A DNA stretch of 64,000 bases, taken from Minisyncoccia bacterium. Its GTDB lineage: Bacteria > Patescibacteriota > Minisyncoccia > Phycocordibacterales > UBA918. The stretch spans positions 73,023 to 137,022 of the forward strand of contig JBKJIT010000003.1 in NCBI GenBank assembly GCA_046598345.1, written 5' to 3'. The notes below the pieces were generated by a model. That model did not search any database and was not told the origin of the DNA. It saw only the letters and a program-made list of their open reading frames with translations. Made by a program: the position numbers and the translations under genes. Below are positions 8,375 to 17,678 of this stretch, in pieces (positions within the stretch are counted from its first letter, which is position 1; each line of letters begins with the position of its first letter).

Positions 8375-9721
8375 ATGAAATCTTTTGATTCTGATGTAAA
8401 AAAATATTCTGAAAAAATACACTTGAGTGTATCTGAACGCCGCGCACTTCGCGAGCGTGTTGTTTCGTATATGGAGTACCATCCACTTGCAAAAGAGGAG
8501 GGGGCTTCATCGTATGCTTTTACTGAAAAATATGTCCTCCTTTCTTTTAATACATTCTGGACAAGAATTGCATCCGGAGCTGCACTCCTTTTACTTATTG
8601 TAGGTATTCCAGTTGCGGCTGAGCGTGCAGTGCCGGGAGATGTTCTCTATTTTGTAAAAACTGAAGTGAATGAAAGTATTCAGTCACAGTTTGCTGATTC
8701 ACCGTACGAAAAAATTGCTTTTGAAACAAAACTCATTGATCGACGTATTGATGAAGCACGTCTTCTTGCAAGTGAAGGGAAACTCACGAAGGAAGTAGAA
8801 GCTTCGATTGCGGAAGATGTAAAAGATCACGCAGAGGCCGCGCAAGATGGCCTTGCAGAACTTCGAACGAATGATGCTGAGGGAGCTGTTATTGCTGAGG
8901 TTACCCTAGGTTCCGCCCTTGAGGTGCAGTCTGCTGTACTCGACACAAATACGAGCGTATCAGCCACATCGTCAATTGAAAATATCTTGGGTGCAGTAAA
9001 TACTGCACGTGAAGAAATTGAGCAGAATCAGAGCACTACCACTTCTGTTACGGTGCTCACGAGTGAAATTGAAGAAGCAACAACTCGCGCGTACGAATTA
9101 TTTGAAACGGTGAAGGAATCAGCTACCAAAGAGGAGGAACGAGATATCAACCGGCGCCTTTCTGATATTGATCGACAAATAGTTGCGGCTAATAAACTTC
9201 GCAATCGTGACGAAGAGGCCGCGGTGAATGAACTCAAGGAGGTACTCGGACTTCTTCAAAAACTTATTGTATTCATGACTGATATTGATGTGAGTGAGAC
9301 GGTTACGCTTGAGGCACTTGTACCTATCGTACCGACGATTGAAGAGCATGTAGCAAGCACACGGGCTACACTTGCACGTGTGGCTACGACTGCAAGTATT
9401 ATTGAGAAGCGAACCTCCTTTGTTTCTGATGCTTCTGTGCAGGAAAAGGTGTTGCTAGGTCTCGAAGCAGTAGCAGCTCTCTCTGACGATGTACTAGTAC
9501 GGCTTTCGAGTGAAGAACCTGATATGGAAGGTATTCTGAAGCAACTCTTTGAAGCCGAAGCTCTCGTACAAGACCTTGAAAAAATGACTCTCGAAACAAT
9601 CATTTCAGACGAAGAGAGTACGAAGTTTCCAACACCAGTCATTCCCGGAGAAACGAGTACCAGTAGCTCATCCACGACCATAGAAGCTACACTTCCGCTC
9701 CCAATCTTTGTGGCAGAATAA
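8375..9721 (+). CDS. Putative anti-sigma membrane protein with DUF5667-like helical domain
   Basis: Single TM followed by AERAVPGDVLYFVK motif; coupled to the ECF sigma. Confidence 0.7.
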   Translation: MKSFDSDVKKYSEKIHLSVSERRALRERVVSYMEYHPLAKEEGASSYAFTEKYVLLSFNTFWTRIASGAALLLLIVGIPVAAERAVPGDVLYFVKTEVNESIQSQFADSPYEKIAFETKLIDRRIDEARLLASEGKLTKEVEASIAEDVKDHAEAAQDGLAELRTNDAEGAVIAEVTLGSALEVQSAVLDTNTSVSATSSIENILGAVNTAREEIEQNQSTTTSVTVLTSEIEEATTRAYELFETVKESATKEEERDINRRLSDIDRQIVAANKLRNRDEEAAVNELKEVLGLLQKLIVFMTDIDVSETVTLEALVPIVPTIEEHVASTRATLARVATTASIIEKRTSFVSDASVQEKVLLGLEAVAALSDDVLVRLSSEEPDMEGILKQLFEAEALVQDLEKMTLETIISDEESTKFPTPVIPGETSTSSSSTTIEATLPLPIFVAE

Positions 9722-9773
9722 TACATACTAAAAACGCGACCGTACGGTCGCGTTTTTAGTATGTATTATTCTG
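9714..9773. terminator. Bidirectional terminator, perfect 60-bp palindrome
   Basis: cagaataatacatactaaaaacgcgaccgt|acggtcgcgtttttagtatgtattattctg. Confidence 0.8.
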
Positions 9774-10941
9774 TCTTTTCCCCCGCGAGAAGCTCTTCGG
9801 TGAGCAACTTAGCGAGAAATGGAGTAAGTGCACCTTTAAATACATCTCCACGGTAGGCAAGATCGCCCTGCATATTGTCGCGAAGTGAATACCCGGTTTC
9901 TTCAATAATCGTTCTATTTATGTATGAAACAGTAATGGCATGGAGACTGTATTGACCCTCAGTCTCTTCGTTACCCTTTGTCACAATAAGCCCAATTACG
10001 TCGCCACTTTCTCGTGCAATCGGACCACCGGAGGCTCCCTGAGCACCAACGGGGGATTCTGATACTGAAAAAATATCAGCGTAGTTACTGCCGAATGTGT
10101 AAAGCTCACGTAAGGTCGTCGAAGCAATGACAGGAACAAGTCTTGCACGGGCGCCCTCACGGAACAATGCCTCGGCAGGATAGCCAGAGGTCAGGATTGA
10201 AATACCCTTTGTATGAATGGAAAGTAAATCAGTATCCAGTGTAAGGGAGGGGAATGTTTCGGGCAGGGTTCTGTCTTTTAGGGGTTCGGAAACATAGAGG
10301 AGAGCATAGTCACGTTCCCCCGTGCCACGCGGGGTTTCTTCCGCAATGAGGGCGGCATTTTCATAGACCCACATAGGTGAAAGGTACAACAGTTCTGCGT
10401 GGTAGGTCGGTACCGCAGGATTTCCGGTACGAACAATACATTCAGCATCGATTACATCCTCATCGTTTCCTTCAAGAAGTAGAAATTGTGCAACGTGTGC
10501 ATTGGTGAGGATGACTCCTTTTTTGTTGATGAAAAATCCAGTGCCTGTCGTCGTGCGAATATACTCGTCAGTTTTATACTGGCAAAAAATATTTACCAAT
10601 GATTCTTCTATTTGATTTCGCACCGGTGTATCTGAAGGGGTGGGGGTAAATTCTTCTCCGAGTGCTGCCGCGCTCTGTGCCGCCTGTAAGTATGCATCAT
10701 TGGTGCGAATAAGACTCAAGATTTCCGTGGTAAGCGACGTAGTGAGTTGCTTGCTCAGGTTCTTTAGTTCTTCTGAGGCTGTGATACGTGTCGGTTCTTC
10801 GTCAATGCTGACAGATTGTGCGGGTGGAGTCTCTTCAAGTTCTGCAATACGAATCACCTGATCAGCGACGATGTTCGTAAAAGCGAGGTATGCAACGAGA
10901 ACTGACGAAATAAAACTACCGAGGAACTCGAACATAACCAT
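9766..10941 (-). CDS. Trypsin-like serine protease, N-terminally anchored
   Basis: GTGF, TNAHV, DYALL, GASGGP catalytic motifs. Confidence 0.88.
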   Translation of the reverse strand: MVMFEFLGSFISSVLVAYLAFTNIVADQVIRIAELEETPPAQSVSIDEEPTRITASEELKNLSKQLTTSLTTEILSLIRTNDAYLQAAQSAAALGEEFTPTPSDTPVRNQIEESLVNIFCQYKTDEYIRTTTGTGFFINKKGVILTNAHVAQFLLLEGNDEDVIDAECIVRTGNPAVPTYHAELLYLSPMWVYENAALIAEETPRGTGERDYALLYVSEPLKDRTLPETFPSLTLDTDLLSIHTKGISILTSGYPAEALFREGARARLVPVIASTTLRELYTFGSNYADIFSVSESPVGAQGASGGPIARESGDVIGLIVTKGNEETEGQYSLHAITVSYINRTIIEETGYSLRDNMQGDLAYRGDVFKGALTPFLAKLLTEELLAGEKTE

Positions 10942-11203
10942 ATTGATTTCATAGTAGCATGTGAGTGCTGCTAAAAATGGCTCAGGCTGGGGGTTTAATC
11001 TGGAGGCCTAATATGCTAGAATCATCCGGACTTCTAAAAGAGTTGTGGACGGGTGTATGACAAGCATACAACCGCCCAGTTCGCAGAAATGATGCAAAAG
11101 GAAGCACCGCTTCCGTAAGACTTCCATTATTTCACATGAAAGCAAGCTTTCCTTTGAAATAACGGTAGCCTTACCAGCTACTTTTGCATCATCCTACTCA
11201 CTT

Positions 11204-11274
11204 GCGGGTGTAGTTTAGTGGTAAAACGACTGCCTTCCAAGCAGTAGTTGGGGGTTCGATTCCTCTCGCCCGCA
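11204..11274 (+). tRNA. tRNA-Gly(TCC), CCA not encoded
   Basis: GCGGGTG/CGCCCGC acceptor, ACTGC-CT TCC AA-GCAGT anticodon arm. Confidence 0.95.
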
Positions 11275-11351
11275 CACATACGAAAAACCGTCCTATAGGA
11301 CGGTTTTTCGTATGTGTGCGGGCGAAGCAATGTGCAAAATGCACATTGCGT

Positions 11352-11447
11352 GAGGAATCGAAGCTGTTGCGAGATATCTTTTTGAGTGAAACGATGAAAA
11401 GTATCCGCAACGGGTACTGAAACTGTAAGTTTCGATTCCTCTCGCCC
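11352..11447 (+). repeat. Structured repeat family 1, copy B
   Basis: GAGGAATCG-AAG-CTGTTGCG..CGCAACGG-GTACTG-AAAC TGTAA GTTT-CGATTCCTCTCGCCC. Confidence 0.72.
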
Positions 11448-11450
11448 TAA

Positions 11451-11575
11451 ACCGCGAGGTCGGGTAGGGAGTTCTTAGCAAGCGTAGCTAGCTTAGAAAC
11501 TTGACGCCAAAACTTTTTATGAGCGAAGAGAACCAAAATATCGACAACCTGTACTGATCCTGTAAGGATCGATTC
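11451..11575 (+). repeat. Partial family 2 copy followed by partial family 1 copy G
   Basis: CGCGAGGTCGGGTAGGGAGTTCTTAGC..GCTTAGAAAC; then CAACCT-GTACTG-ATCC TGTAA GGAT-CGATTC. Confidence 0.6.
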
Positions 11576-11615
11576 ATGTTTTATAAAAAAGCCGCCACTT
11601 TCATGGCGGCCGGGA

Positions 11616-11906
11616 CTACGGGGTTGGAAGATCCTTTATTCGAAGATGTTCAGGCAGTTGTGGACCGACTTCCTTGAATATTTCCATACAAGACTGAGCA
11701 CTGGTCTTGAGTTGGTCAAGGTTTATGGGGGCTGACTGTGCATTGAGGTTTGGCTTCTGAAACCCAAATGGGTCTTCAAGGTACTCCAGTCCGCGCACTG
11801 CTTCCTCACCAATCTTGATGGTGGTGGGAACAGTTGAATTCGCCCCAGGGCCAGGATCAACATAATTCCATCGTATAGCGTCTACTGTTAGGTCGTTTTC
11901 CATCAT
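11616..11906 (-). CDS. Orphan hypothetical protein (SD-led cassette)
   Basis: GAGGAG SD, own terminator GCCGCC..GGCGGC-T6; no family recognised. Confidence 0.6.
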   Translation of the reverse strand: MMENDLTVDAIRWNYVDPGPGANSTVPTTIKIGEEAVRGLEYLEDPFGFQKPNLNAQSAPINLDQLKTSAQSCMEIFKEVGPQLPEHLRIKDLPTP

Positions 11907-12178
11907 GTACTCCTCTGTATGCCAACCAGCAGTATCTCATATACTTTCATTATTATCACAGCAAAAAGCCCCTTGCGGGGCTTTTTGCTGTGATGGGATT
12001 AGCGGATGTATATCCGTGGTTTCCCACGTTGTATATATAGCGAGAGTTTGGGTACATGACCAAACTCAGTTAATACCTCCGCTACAAAAAAAGTATATCA
12101 TGTTCATGAAGTCGAGCTAGTGTGTATAACATAAAAGAACGGCGAGCCGTAGGCTCGCCGTTCTTTTAAAAGGAGTGA

Positions 12179-12451
12179 TTACTTAACTGCATCCTTGAGT
12201 GCCTTTGCTGCGCGGAACTTTGGAACGCGCATTGCAGGAATATCAATAGTTTCGCCAGTGCGTGGATTTCGCCCAGTGCGTGCATTACGTGTCTTTGTTG
12301 AGAAAATCCCAAGACCCGCAACAGAAACTTCCTGACCCTTTTTGAGTGAAGCGACGATGCAATCAATCGCAGTCTCCACTGCGCGCTCTGCATCTGCACG
12401 AGTGCCACCGACAACCTCGTGAACCTTGTTGATTATGTCTGCCTTATTCAT
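12179..12451 (-). CDS. hup: HU family DNA-binding protein
   Basis: MNKADII, GLGIFS, ARTGRNPRTGETIDIPA, PKFRAAKALKDAVK. Confidence 0.95.
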   Translation of the reverse strand: MNKADIINKVHEVVGGTRADAERAVETAIDCIVASLKKGQEVSVAGLGIFSTKTRNARTGRNPRTGETIDIPAMRVPKFRAAKALKDAVK

Positions 12452-12650
12452 ACTGTATAAAATGTGTACTTAGGGCGTGTAAATAATATGTGTGCACTCT
12501 ACATGATGCCAAGATATGGCTACAAACAATTATATAGCAGGGTTTTTGCAGTGCAATACACTATCGCACACATCTAAAATGTGGTGTAGTTTTAATGGTG
12601 CTTGAAAACAACGGCCGCTTCTTTTGGAAGCGTCCGTTGTTTTCAAGCTT

Positions 12651-14177
12651 TTACTTTGCGTATTCGATTGCGCGGGACTCTCGAATGACATTAACTTTAA
12701 TTTCTCCCGGGTACCGTAGCTTCTCTTCAATGTCTGTCGCGATGCTGCGAGCGAGATTGTGGGCCTCGAGATCGGTCACCTTTTCAGGGTTTACTATGAC
12801 TCGTACCTCTCGTCCAGCCTGAATTGCGAATGCTTTCTCAACCCCTGGCATAGAGAGTGCAATTTCTTCGAGCTCACCCAGACGTTTTATGTAGTTCTCA
12901 ATGGAATCATGGCGTGCACCGGGACGACCTCCTGAAATCGCATCAGCGACCTGCACGATGATCGATTCCGGTGTGTCATACGGGTATTCTTCATGATGGG
13001 CGCGCATTGCGACAATGACTGCCTGATCCACTTCGTACTTTTGTAGGATCCGAATACCAATTTCAACGTGTGTCCCTTGCACCTCCTGGCTCACGGTCTT
13101 TCCAATATCGTGGAGGAGAGCTCCTGCACGTGCGACCGCTACATCCGCGCCCACTTCCTCAGCAATAATTGCCGCGATGTGCGCCATTTCAACAGAGTGC
13201 CAGAGCACGTTCTGTCCATAACTTGTTCTAAAATGCAGCCGTCCGAGGATTTTCACGAGATCAGGGTGAAGGTTAGGTACTCCTGCATCAAAACATGCTT
13301 TTTCACCCATCTTTCGAACAATAGTTCCAACCTCTTTCCGTGCCTTCTCAACGATCTCCTCGATCTTTGCCGGCTGAATACGTCCATCGGCGAGAAGGAG
13401 CTCAAGTGCGACGCGAGCAATTTCGCGACGCACCGGATCAAATGAAGATAGGGTGATGTGTCCTGGAGTATCGTCAATAAGCACGTCAACACCCGTCGCA
13501 CGCTCAAAGGCACGAACGTTCCGACCTTCCTTTCCGATGATTTTCCCCTTTACCTCTTCATTCGGAAGCGCGATCATCGAACTCATGATGTCGACTCGCA
13601 CAGAATTACCAATGCGATGTATCGCTGAGGTGATGATTTCTTTTGCTTTTTCGTCGTACTGTTCCTCGCCGCGCATGCTCATTTTCTGAATGCGCTTCAT
13701 GATGTTCACCTCATATTCCTTTTCAATATTCGCAACGACCCGTTCGTAGGCCTCGTCCTTGGTGAGTCCGGCAACTTCTTCAACTTTCTTTTCTATTTCA
13801 CCCTTTCGTTCATCGAGTTGAACCTTGATTTCTTTAACCTGCTCAATTTTTTGACGCACCGATTCAACCTCGGAATCGAGATCCATTTGGCGTTTATCGA
13901 GAAGTTCGTCCTTACGTATGTGGCGCTCTTCAGCCTTATTTAACTTTTCTTCCTGTTCCTTAAATCGTTCCTTCAGTTCTTTCTCCAGTGATTCGGCCTT
14001 CGTTTCTGCTTTTTCTAATATCTTGAGTGCTTTTGCTTCAGCATCGACAAGTTTTTCCTTAAGGGAAAGTTCAAGCGACTCTTTCTTGCTGAGTGCATAG
14101 ACATATCGGAGATAGTATCCCAAAGCAATACCGACAAGCCCTGCGACAATAAGCGCAAAGATTACGGAAAGTGGCAT
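12651..14177 (-). CDS. rny: Ribonuclease Y
   Basis: N-terminal TM, coiled coil, KH (GKIIGKEGRNVR), HD (LLHDIGK), RPGAR. Confidence 0.96.
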   Translation of the reverse strand: MPLSVIFALIVAGLVGIALGYYLRYVYALSKKESLELSLKEKLVDAEAKALKILEKAETKAESLEKELKERFKEQEEKLNKAEERHIRKDELLDKRQMDLDSEVESVRQKIEQVKEIKVQLDERKGEIEKKVEEVAGLTKDEAYERVVANIEKEYEVNIMKRIQKMSMRGEEQYDEKAKEIITSAIHRIGNSVRVDIMSSMIALPNEEVKGKIIGKEGRNVRAFERATGVDVLIDDTPGHITLSSFDPVRREIARVALELLLADGRIQPAKIEEIVEKARKEVGTIVRKMGEKACFDAGVPNLHPDLVKILGRLHFRTSYGQNVLWHSVEMAHIAAIIAEEVGADVAVARAGALLHDIGKTVSQEVQGTHVEIGIRILQKYEVDQAVIVAMRAHHEEYPYDTPESIIVQVADAISGGRPGARHDSIENYIKRLGELEEIALSMPGVEKAFAIQAGREVRVIVNPEKVTDLEAHNLARSIATDIEEKLRYPGEIKVNVIRESRAIEYAK

Positions 14178-14392
14178 ACAAATGTGTGTTCAGGCAATGC
14201 ACTCAGGGGTTAGTGTCGAGGGAAGGGTCGTTCAGAATGAGCGCAAAGCCAGACGGTAAAATTTATCAATAATCGACTTTCTCACAGTAACAGAAGTTAT
14301 GAAGACTGTCTAATTCCGTCATGAAGGAGACAGTAATCCATTTTCTCTAAAAAACCTGACGGAACCTGGGGGTTCCGTCAGGGTTTTTAGGT

Positions 14393-14527
14393 TACTTTAG
14401 TATCTCGTCTACAACGCAGGTTTGTAACTCGCTACGCTCCTAACAACCTCCTGTCCTGCCTCACGGTTTTTGCCATTGTGAGAGGCAAAACAACGCTCCG
14501 GCTCTTAGTAGACGAGATTTTAAAGTA
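14393..14527 (-). repeat. Structured intergenic repeat family 2, copy 2, with ~20-bp terminal inverted repeat
   Basis: tactttagtatctcgtctac...gtagacgagattttaaagta; internal CGGAGCGTT..CAGGACAGGAGGTT..GAGCGTAGCGA..AAACCTGCG. Confidence 0.7.
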
Positions 14528-14528
14528 C

Positions 14529-15149
14529 TTACTTTAAAATTTCGTCAACCAAGCCATATTTCTTAGCTTCGTCGGCGCTCATGAAGAAGTCGCGGTCTGT
14601 ATCCTTTTCAATCTGTGCAAGCGGCTTTCCTGAAGCCTTAGCAAGCATTTTGTTTAGTTGATCACGTGTCTTAAGGATATGACGAGCAGTAATTTCAATA
14701 TCTGATGCCTGCCCTTGAGTTCCTCCCCACGGCTGGTGAATCATGACTTCTGCATTAGGAAGACAGCTTCGCTTTCCTTTTGCACCTTGTGAAAGAATAA
14801 TAGAACCCATTGACGCTGCCATTCCAACACAGACAGTCGCAATGTCGGGCTTCACGTGGTTCATGGTGTCCACGATTCCAAGGCCCGCGCTCACTGATCC
14901 ACCAGGTGAGTTCACATACATAAATATGTCTTTCTTGGGATCTTCTGCTTCAAGGAAGAGAAGCTGTGCTACCACCAAGTTAGCCATATGATCGTCAATC
15001 GCTCCGGTTACAAAGACAATACGCTCTTTAAGGAGGCGGGAGAAGATGTCATACGCACGCTCACCTCCTTGGGTCTTTTCGACCACCATCGGTACGAGGA
15101 AGTTATTAATTTGATTGTTATTTTGAGATTCTTTTGATTGCATATACAT
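14529..15149 (-). CDS. clpP: ATP-dependent Clp protease proteolytic subunit
   Basis: [33 protein letters not shown]. Confidence 0.97.
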   Translation of the reverse strand: MYMQSKESQNNNQINNFLVPMVVEKTQGGERAYDIFSRLLKERIVFVTGAIDDHMANLVVAQLLFLEAEDPKKDIFMYVNSPGGSVSAGLGIVDTMNHVKPDIATVCVGMAASMGSIILSQGAKGKRSCLPNAEVMIHQPWGGTQGQASDIEITARHILKTRDQLNKMLAKASGKPLAQIEKDTDRDFFMSADEAKKYGLVDEILK

Positions 15150-15289
15150 AGTACGAGCATCCTATCAAAAAGAGAGGGCATTGACAAACAATGCACCGTA
15201 ATCCCCGCTCGTTACGCACGAGTTTGGGAAAGTCTAGAAAAAACAGCCGCCCTGCAAGGGCGGCTGTTTTTTAGTGTACCGTAAATAAA

Positions 15290-15778
15290 TTACAACGAGA
15301 TAGACCCTGCGCCGTCAGTACTAAGAGACTCATCTCCTGGCGTTGTGATTTTGCAGGTGTTCTTCGCTGTCTTTTTGAATGTCTCCCATGCTGCCTTTCG
15401 ATCCTTTTTTAATGTCATGTGTGCGTCTTTGGATGATTTTTTCCAATCTTTCCAAGCTTTAATAATTGAAGTTTTCTGTGCTTTTAAATCTGTAAGCCCC
15501 CACGCTGCATTCAAGGCACTTTTACGTACACTGAGGGCTGCGAGCGTGCTTGAGCTAAATGTTGTCCATGCGGATTGAATTGCATCCTCGCGAACACCAA
15601 CTGCGGTTTGCATACATACTGCATCAACTTTGGCTTTTCGCATTTGGGTACTAGTGGCATTGGTATGAGATGATGCTTCAGAAACCTGCGGCATTGCAAA
15701 GAGTGCAACCATAGCGCCGAGACTAATCAAAGCGATAAGTAGAACATTGGGCATCATTAACAACTGTTTTGATCTCAT
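15290..15778 (-). CDS. Secreted helical hypothetical protein
   Basis: Signal peptide, two Cys, Lys/Ala-rich helices. Confidence 0.7.
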   Translation of the reverse strand: MRSKQLLMMPNVLLIALISLGAMVALFAMPQVSEASSHTNATSTQMRKAKVDAVCMQTAVGVREDAIQSAWTTFSSSTLAALSVRKSALNAAWGLTDLKAQKTSIIKAWKDWKKSSKDAHMTLKKDRKAAWETFKKTAKNTCKITTPGDESLSTDGAGSISL

Positions 15779-15922
15779 GATTTTAAATTGTTACGCGTTA
15801 GTAAAGATTCCCTCCAAAGCTATAGTATACATGGTGAAGGTCTGTATTTTTATAATGACGTGCATAAATCCCCTCGGACATTGAGTAGTCGAGGGGATTT
15901 ATTTTGATTGGTACACACTAAA

Positions 15923-17206
15923 CTAATTTATTTCCTCCAGCTTCTTCATCACGGCGTCGTTCATGAGGATGGATTCGACGTATACGCGAACTCGCTTTTC
16001 ATCGGCGTCTTTGTATTGCTCAAGGAGACGAGAAACTTCTTGGTCAACAAGGCTTGGGTCTGGTTTAATGCTTTCTCTTTCTGCGATGGCATTGAGCACA
16101 AGCTGGAGTTTTGCGCGTTTTTCCGCAGAGGGGGTCCACTCTTTTTTCAAGTCTTCCTTTGTCTTCTTAATATGACCGAGGTAATCATCTATCTTGAGTT
16201 GTGCACGAGTGAGGTCGTCTTCCATCTGCGCGAACATTTGGTTCATTTCTCCATCAATCATGATCTGAGGGATTTCTACTGTCGTTTTCTCAATGATGGC
16301 ATCAGTAATTTTTGCTCGGTGAGCAGAATCAACTGACTGGACCTTCTGAACTGCAAGGTGTTCCTTGAGCTTCGTTTTAAAATCAGAAACGGTTTCAAAC
16401 TGACCAGGCTTACCTAGTGTTTTTACGTATTCGTCGGTGAGCTCCGGAAGAATTAGTTCGCCCTTGTCATCTCGAGGAATTTGCCCCAGGGCACCCTCTC
16501 TGACTTCGTCATGGCCCAGGCCAGCTTCTCTATCTTCGATATTCACCTCCTTCACCTTGTCTTCGTCAGCATCATGGTCATCATGCGAGTGATCATGGTG
16601 TACATGATCATGTTCACCATGATCGCCGTGATCATGGTTGTGTCCCTCGTGATTGGCATGATTGTCGTGGTCGTGGGTGTGCGTATCGCCAGTAGTTTGT
16701 GCTTTGGATTGCATACGCTCGTACGCTACTTTTTGCCGTAGAATATCATTTACTTGCTTTTCCACTTCTTCCTCAGTGACTTCTTTAGATTCTTTATTCG
16801 CATTAACTTCCTTTGCAAGCTTTTCGTAGTCGGGAAGGGTGACTGGAGGTACTACCGCAACGGTTGCGGTGAAGCCGAGTGGGTTATCTTTGGCAATTTT
16901 CGTTATCTGAATCTGCGGGTAGCCGATTGCGTCGAGTTTGTGTTCTTTTACGATCTCCGCGTACGCTTCATAGAGCGCACGTTCTGCCATTTCACTTAAC
17001 ACATTCATTTCGCCCACCTTTTGGATGAGGATATTTTCAGGAATGTGGCCTTTTCGAAATCCCGGCATGTCCATGTCTTTTCCGATTGCTTTGAGAGCAG
17101 CTCCCCGATGCTTCTCTACAACTGAAAAGGGGATTTCACCCGTAATTTTTACGGTTGATTTTTCTCCGGGCTCAACGTGTATCTTCTTCAATTCTTCAGA
17201 TGTCAT
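15923..17206 (-). CDS. tig: Trigger factor; PPIase domain replaced by a His/Asp-rich segment
   Basis: PGFRKGHIP ribosome-binding motif; C-terminal SurA-like domain (LPELTDEYV..AEKRAKLQLVL). Confidence 0.92.
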   Translation of the reverse strand: MTSEELKKIHVEPGEKSTVKITGEIPFSVVEKHRGAALKAIGKDMDMPGFRKGHIPENILIQKVGEMNVLSEMAERALYEAYAEIVKEHKLDAIGYPQIQITKIAKDNPLGFTATVAVVPPVTLPDYEKLAKEVNANKESKEVTEEEVEKQVNDILRQKVAYERMQSKAQTTGDTHTHDHDNHANHEGHNHDHGDHGEHDHVHHDHSHDDHDADEDKVKEVNIEDREAGLGHDEVREGALGQIPRDDKGELILPELTDEYVKTLGKPGQFETVSDFKTKLKEHLAVQKVQSVDSAHRAKITDAIIEKTTVEIPQIMIDGEMNQMFAQMEDDLTRAQLKIDDYLGHIKKTKEDLKKEWTPSAEKRAKLQLVLNAIAERESIKPDPSLVDQEVSRLLEQYKDADEKRVRVYVESILMNDAVMKKLEEIN

Positions 17207-17294
17207 AGGTCGCTATAGTACACAAGAATAAGTGAAAAGCAAAGAAATCACCCCTCGAAGCCTCACGGTTTCGAGGGGTGATTTCATATTGCTA

Positions 17295-17666
17295 CTATTC
17301 AAGGGAAGATTTGAGCTCTGCATCAATCGATGTGAGATCAGAATCAAACGAGTCGAGGTTGGTGCTCATGACGTCTGCTTCAATGGCATTCATCTCATCT
17401 GAAGAGCTCATCGTGCCAAAGATTTGCATGTCGGCTACAGCTCTGGGTGTTTCAGGTTCGTTGTTCTCGATGTTTCGGAAATCATCTACGAGCGGTTCGT
17501 CTTGAACGAGAACTGAACCCCACAGCCACAGCCCCATAGCTACCAAGACGAGGAGAATGAGAAGAATACCAAGAATAGGTCCGAGGTGTGCATGGGTACC
17601 TGTTTGCGTAGCACGAATTGCTTGAGGGGTGATCGGGGATGTTTCTTGTGTTGGTTTTTCATTCAT
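17295..17666 (-). CDS. Single-TM hypothetical protein
   Basis: GPILGILLILLVLVAMGLWLWG followed by an acidic tail. Confidence 0.7.
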   Translation of the reverse strand: MNEKPTQETSPITPQAIRATQTGTHAHLGPILGILLILLVLVAMGLWLWGSVLVQDEPLVDDFRNIENNEPETPRAVADMQIFGTMSSSDEMNAIEADVMSTNLDSFDSDLTSIDAELKSSLE

Positions 17667-17678
17667 AGATATGCAAAG

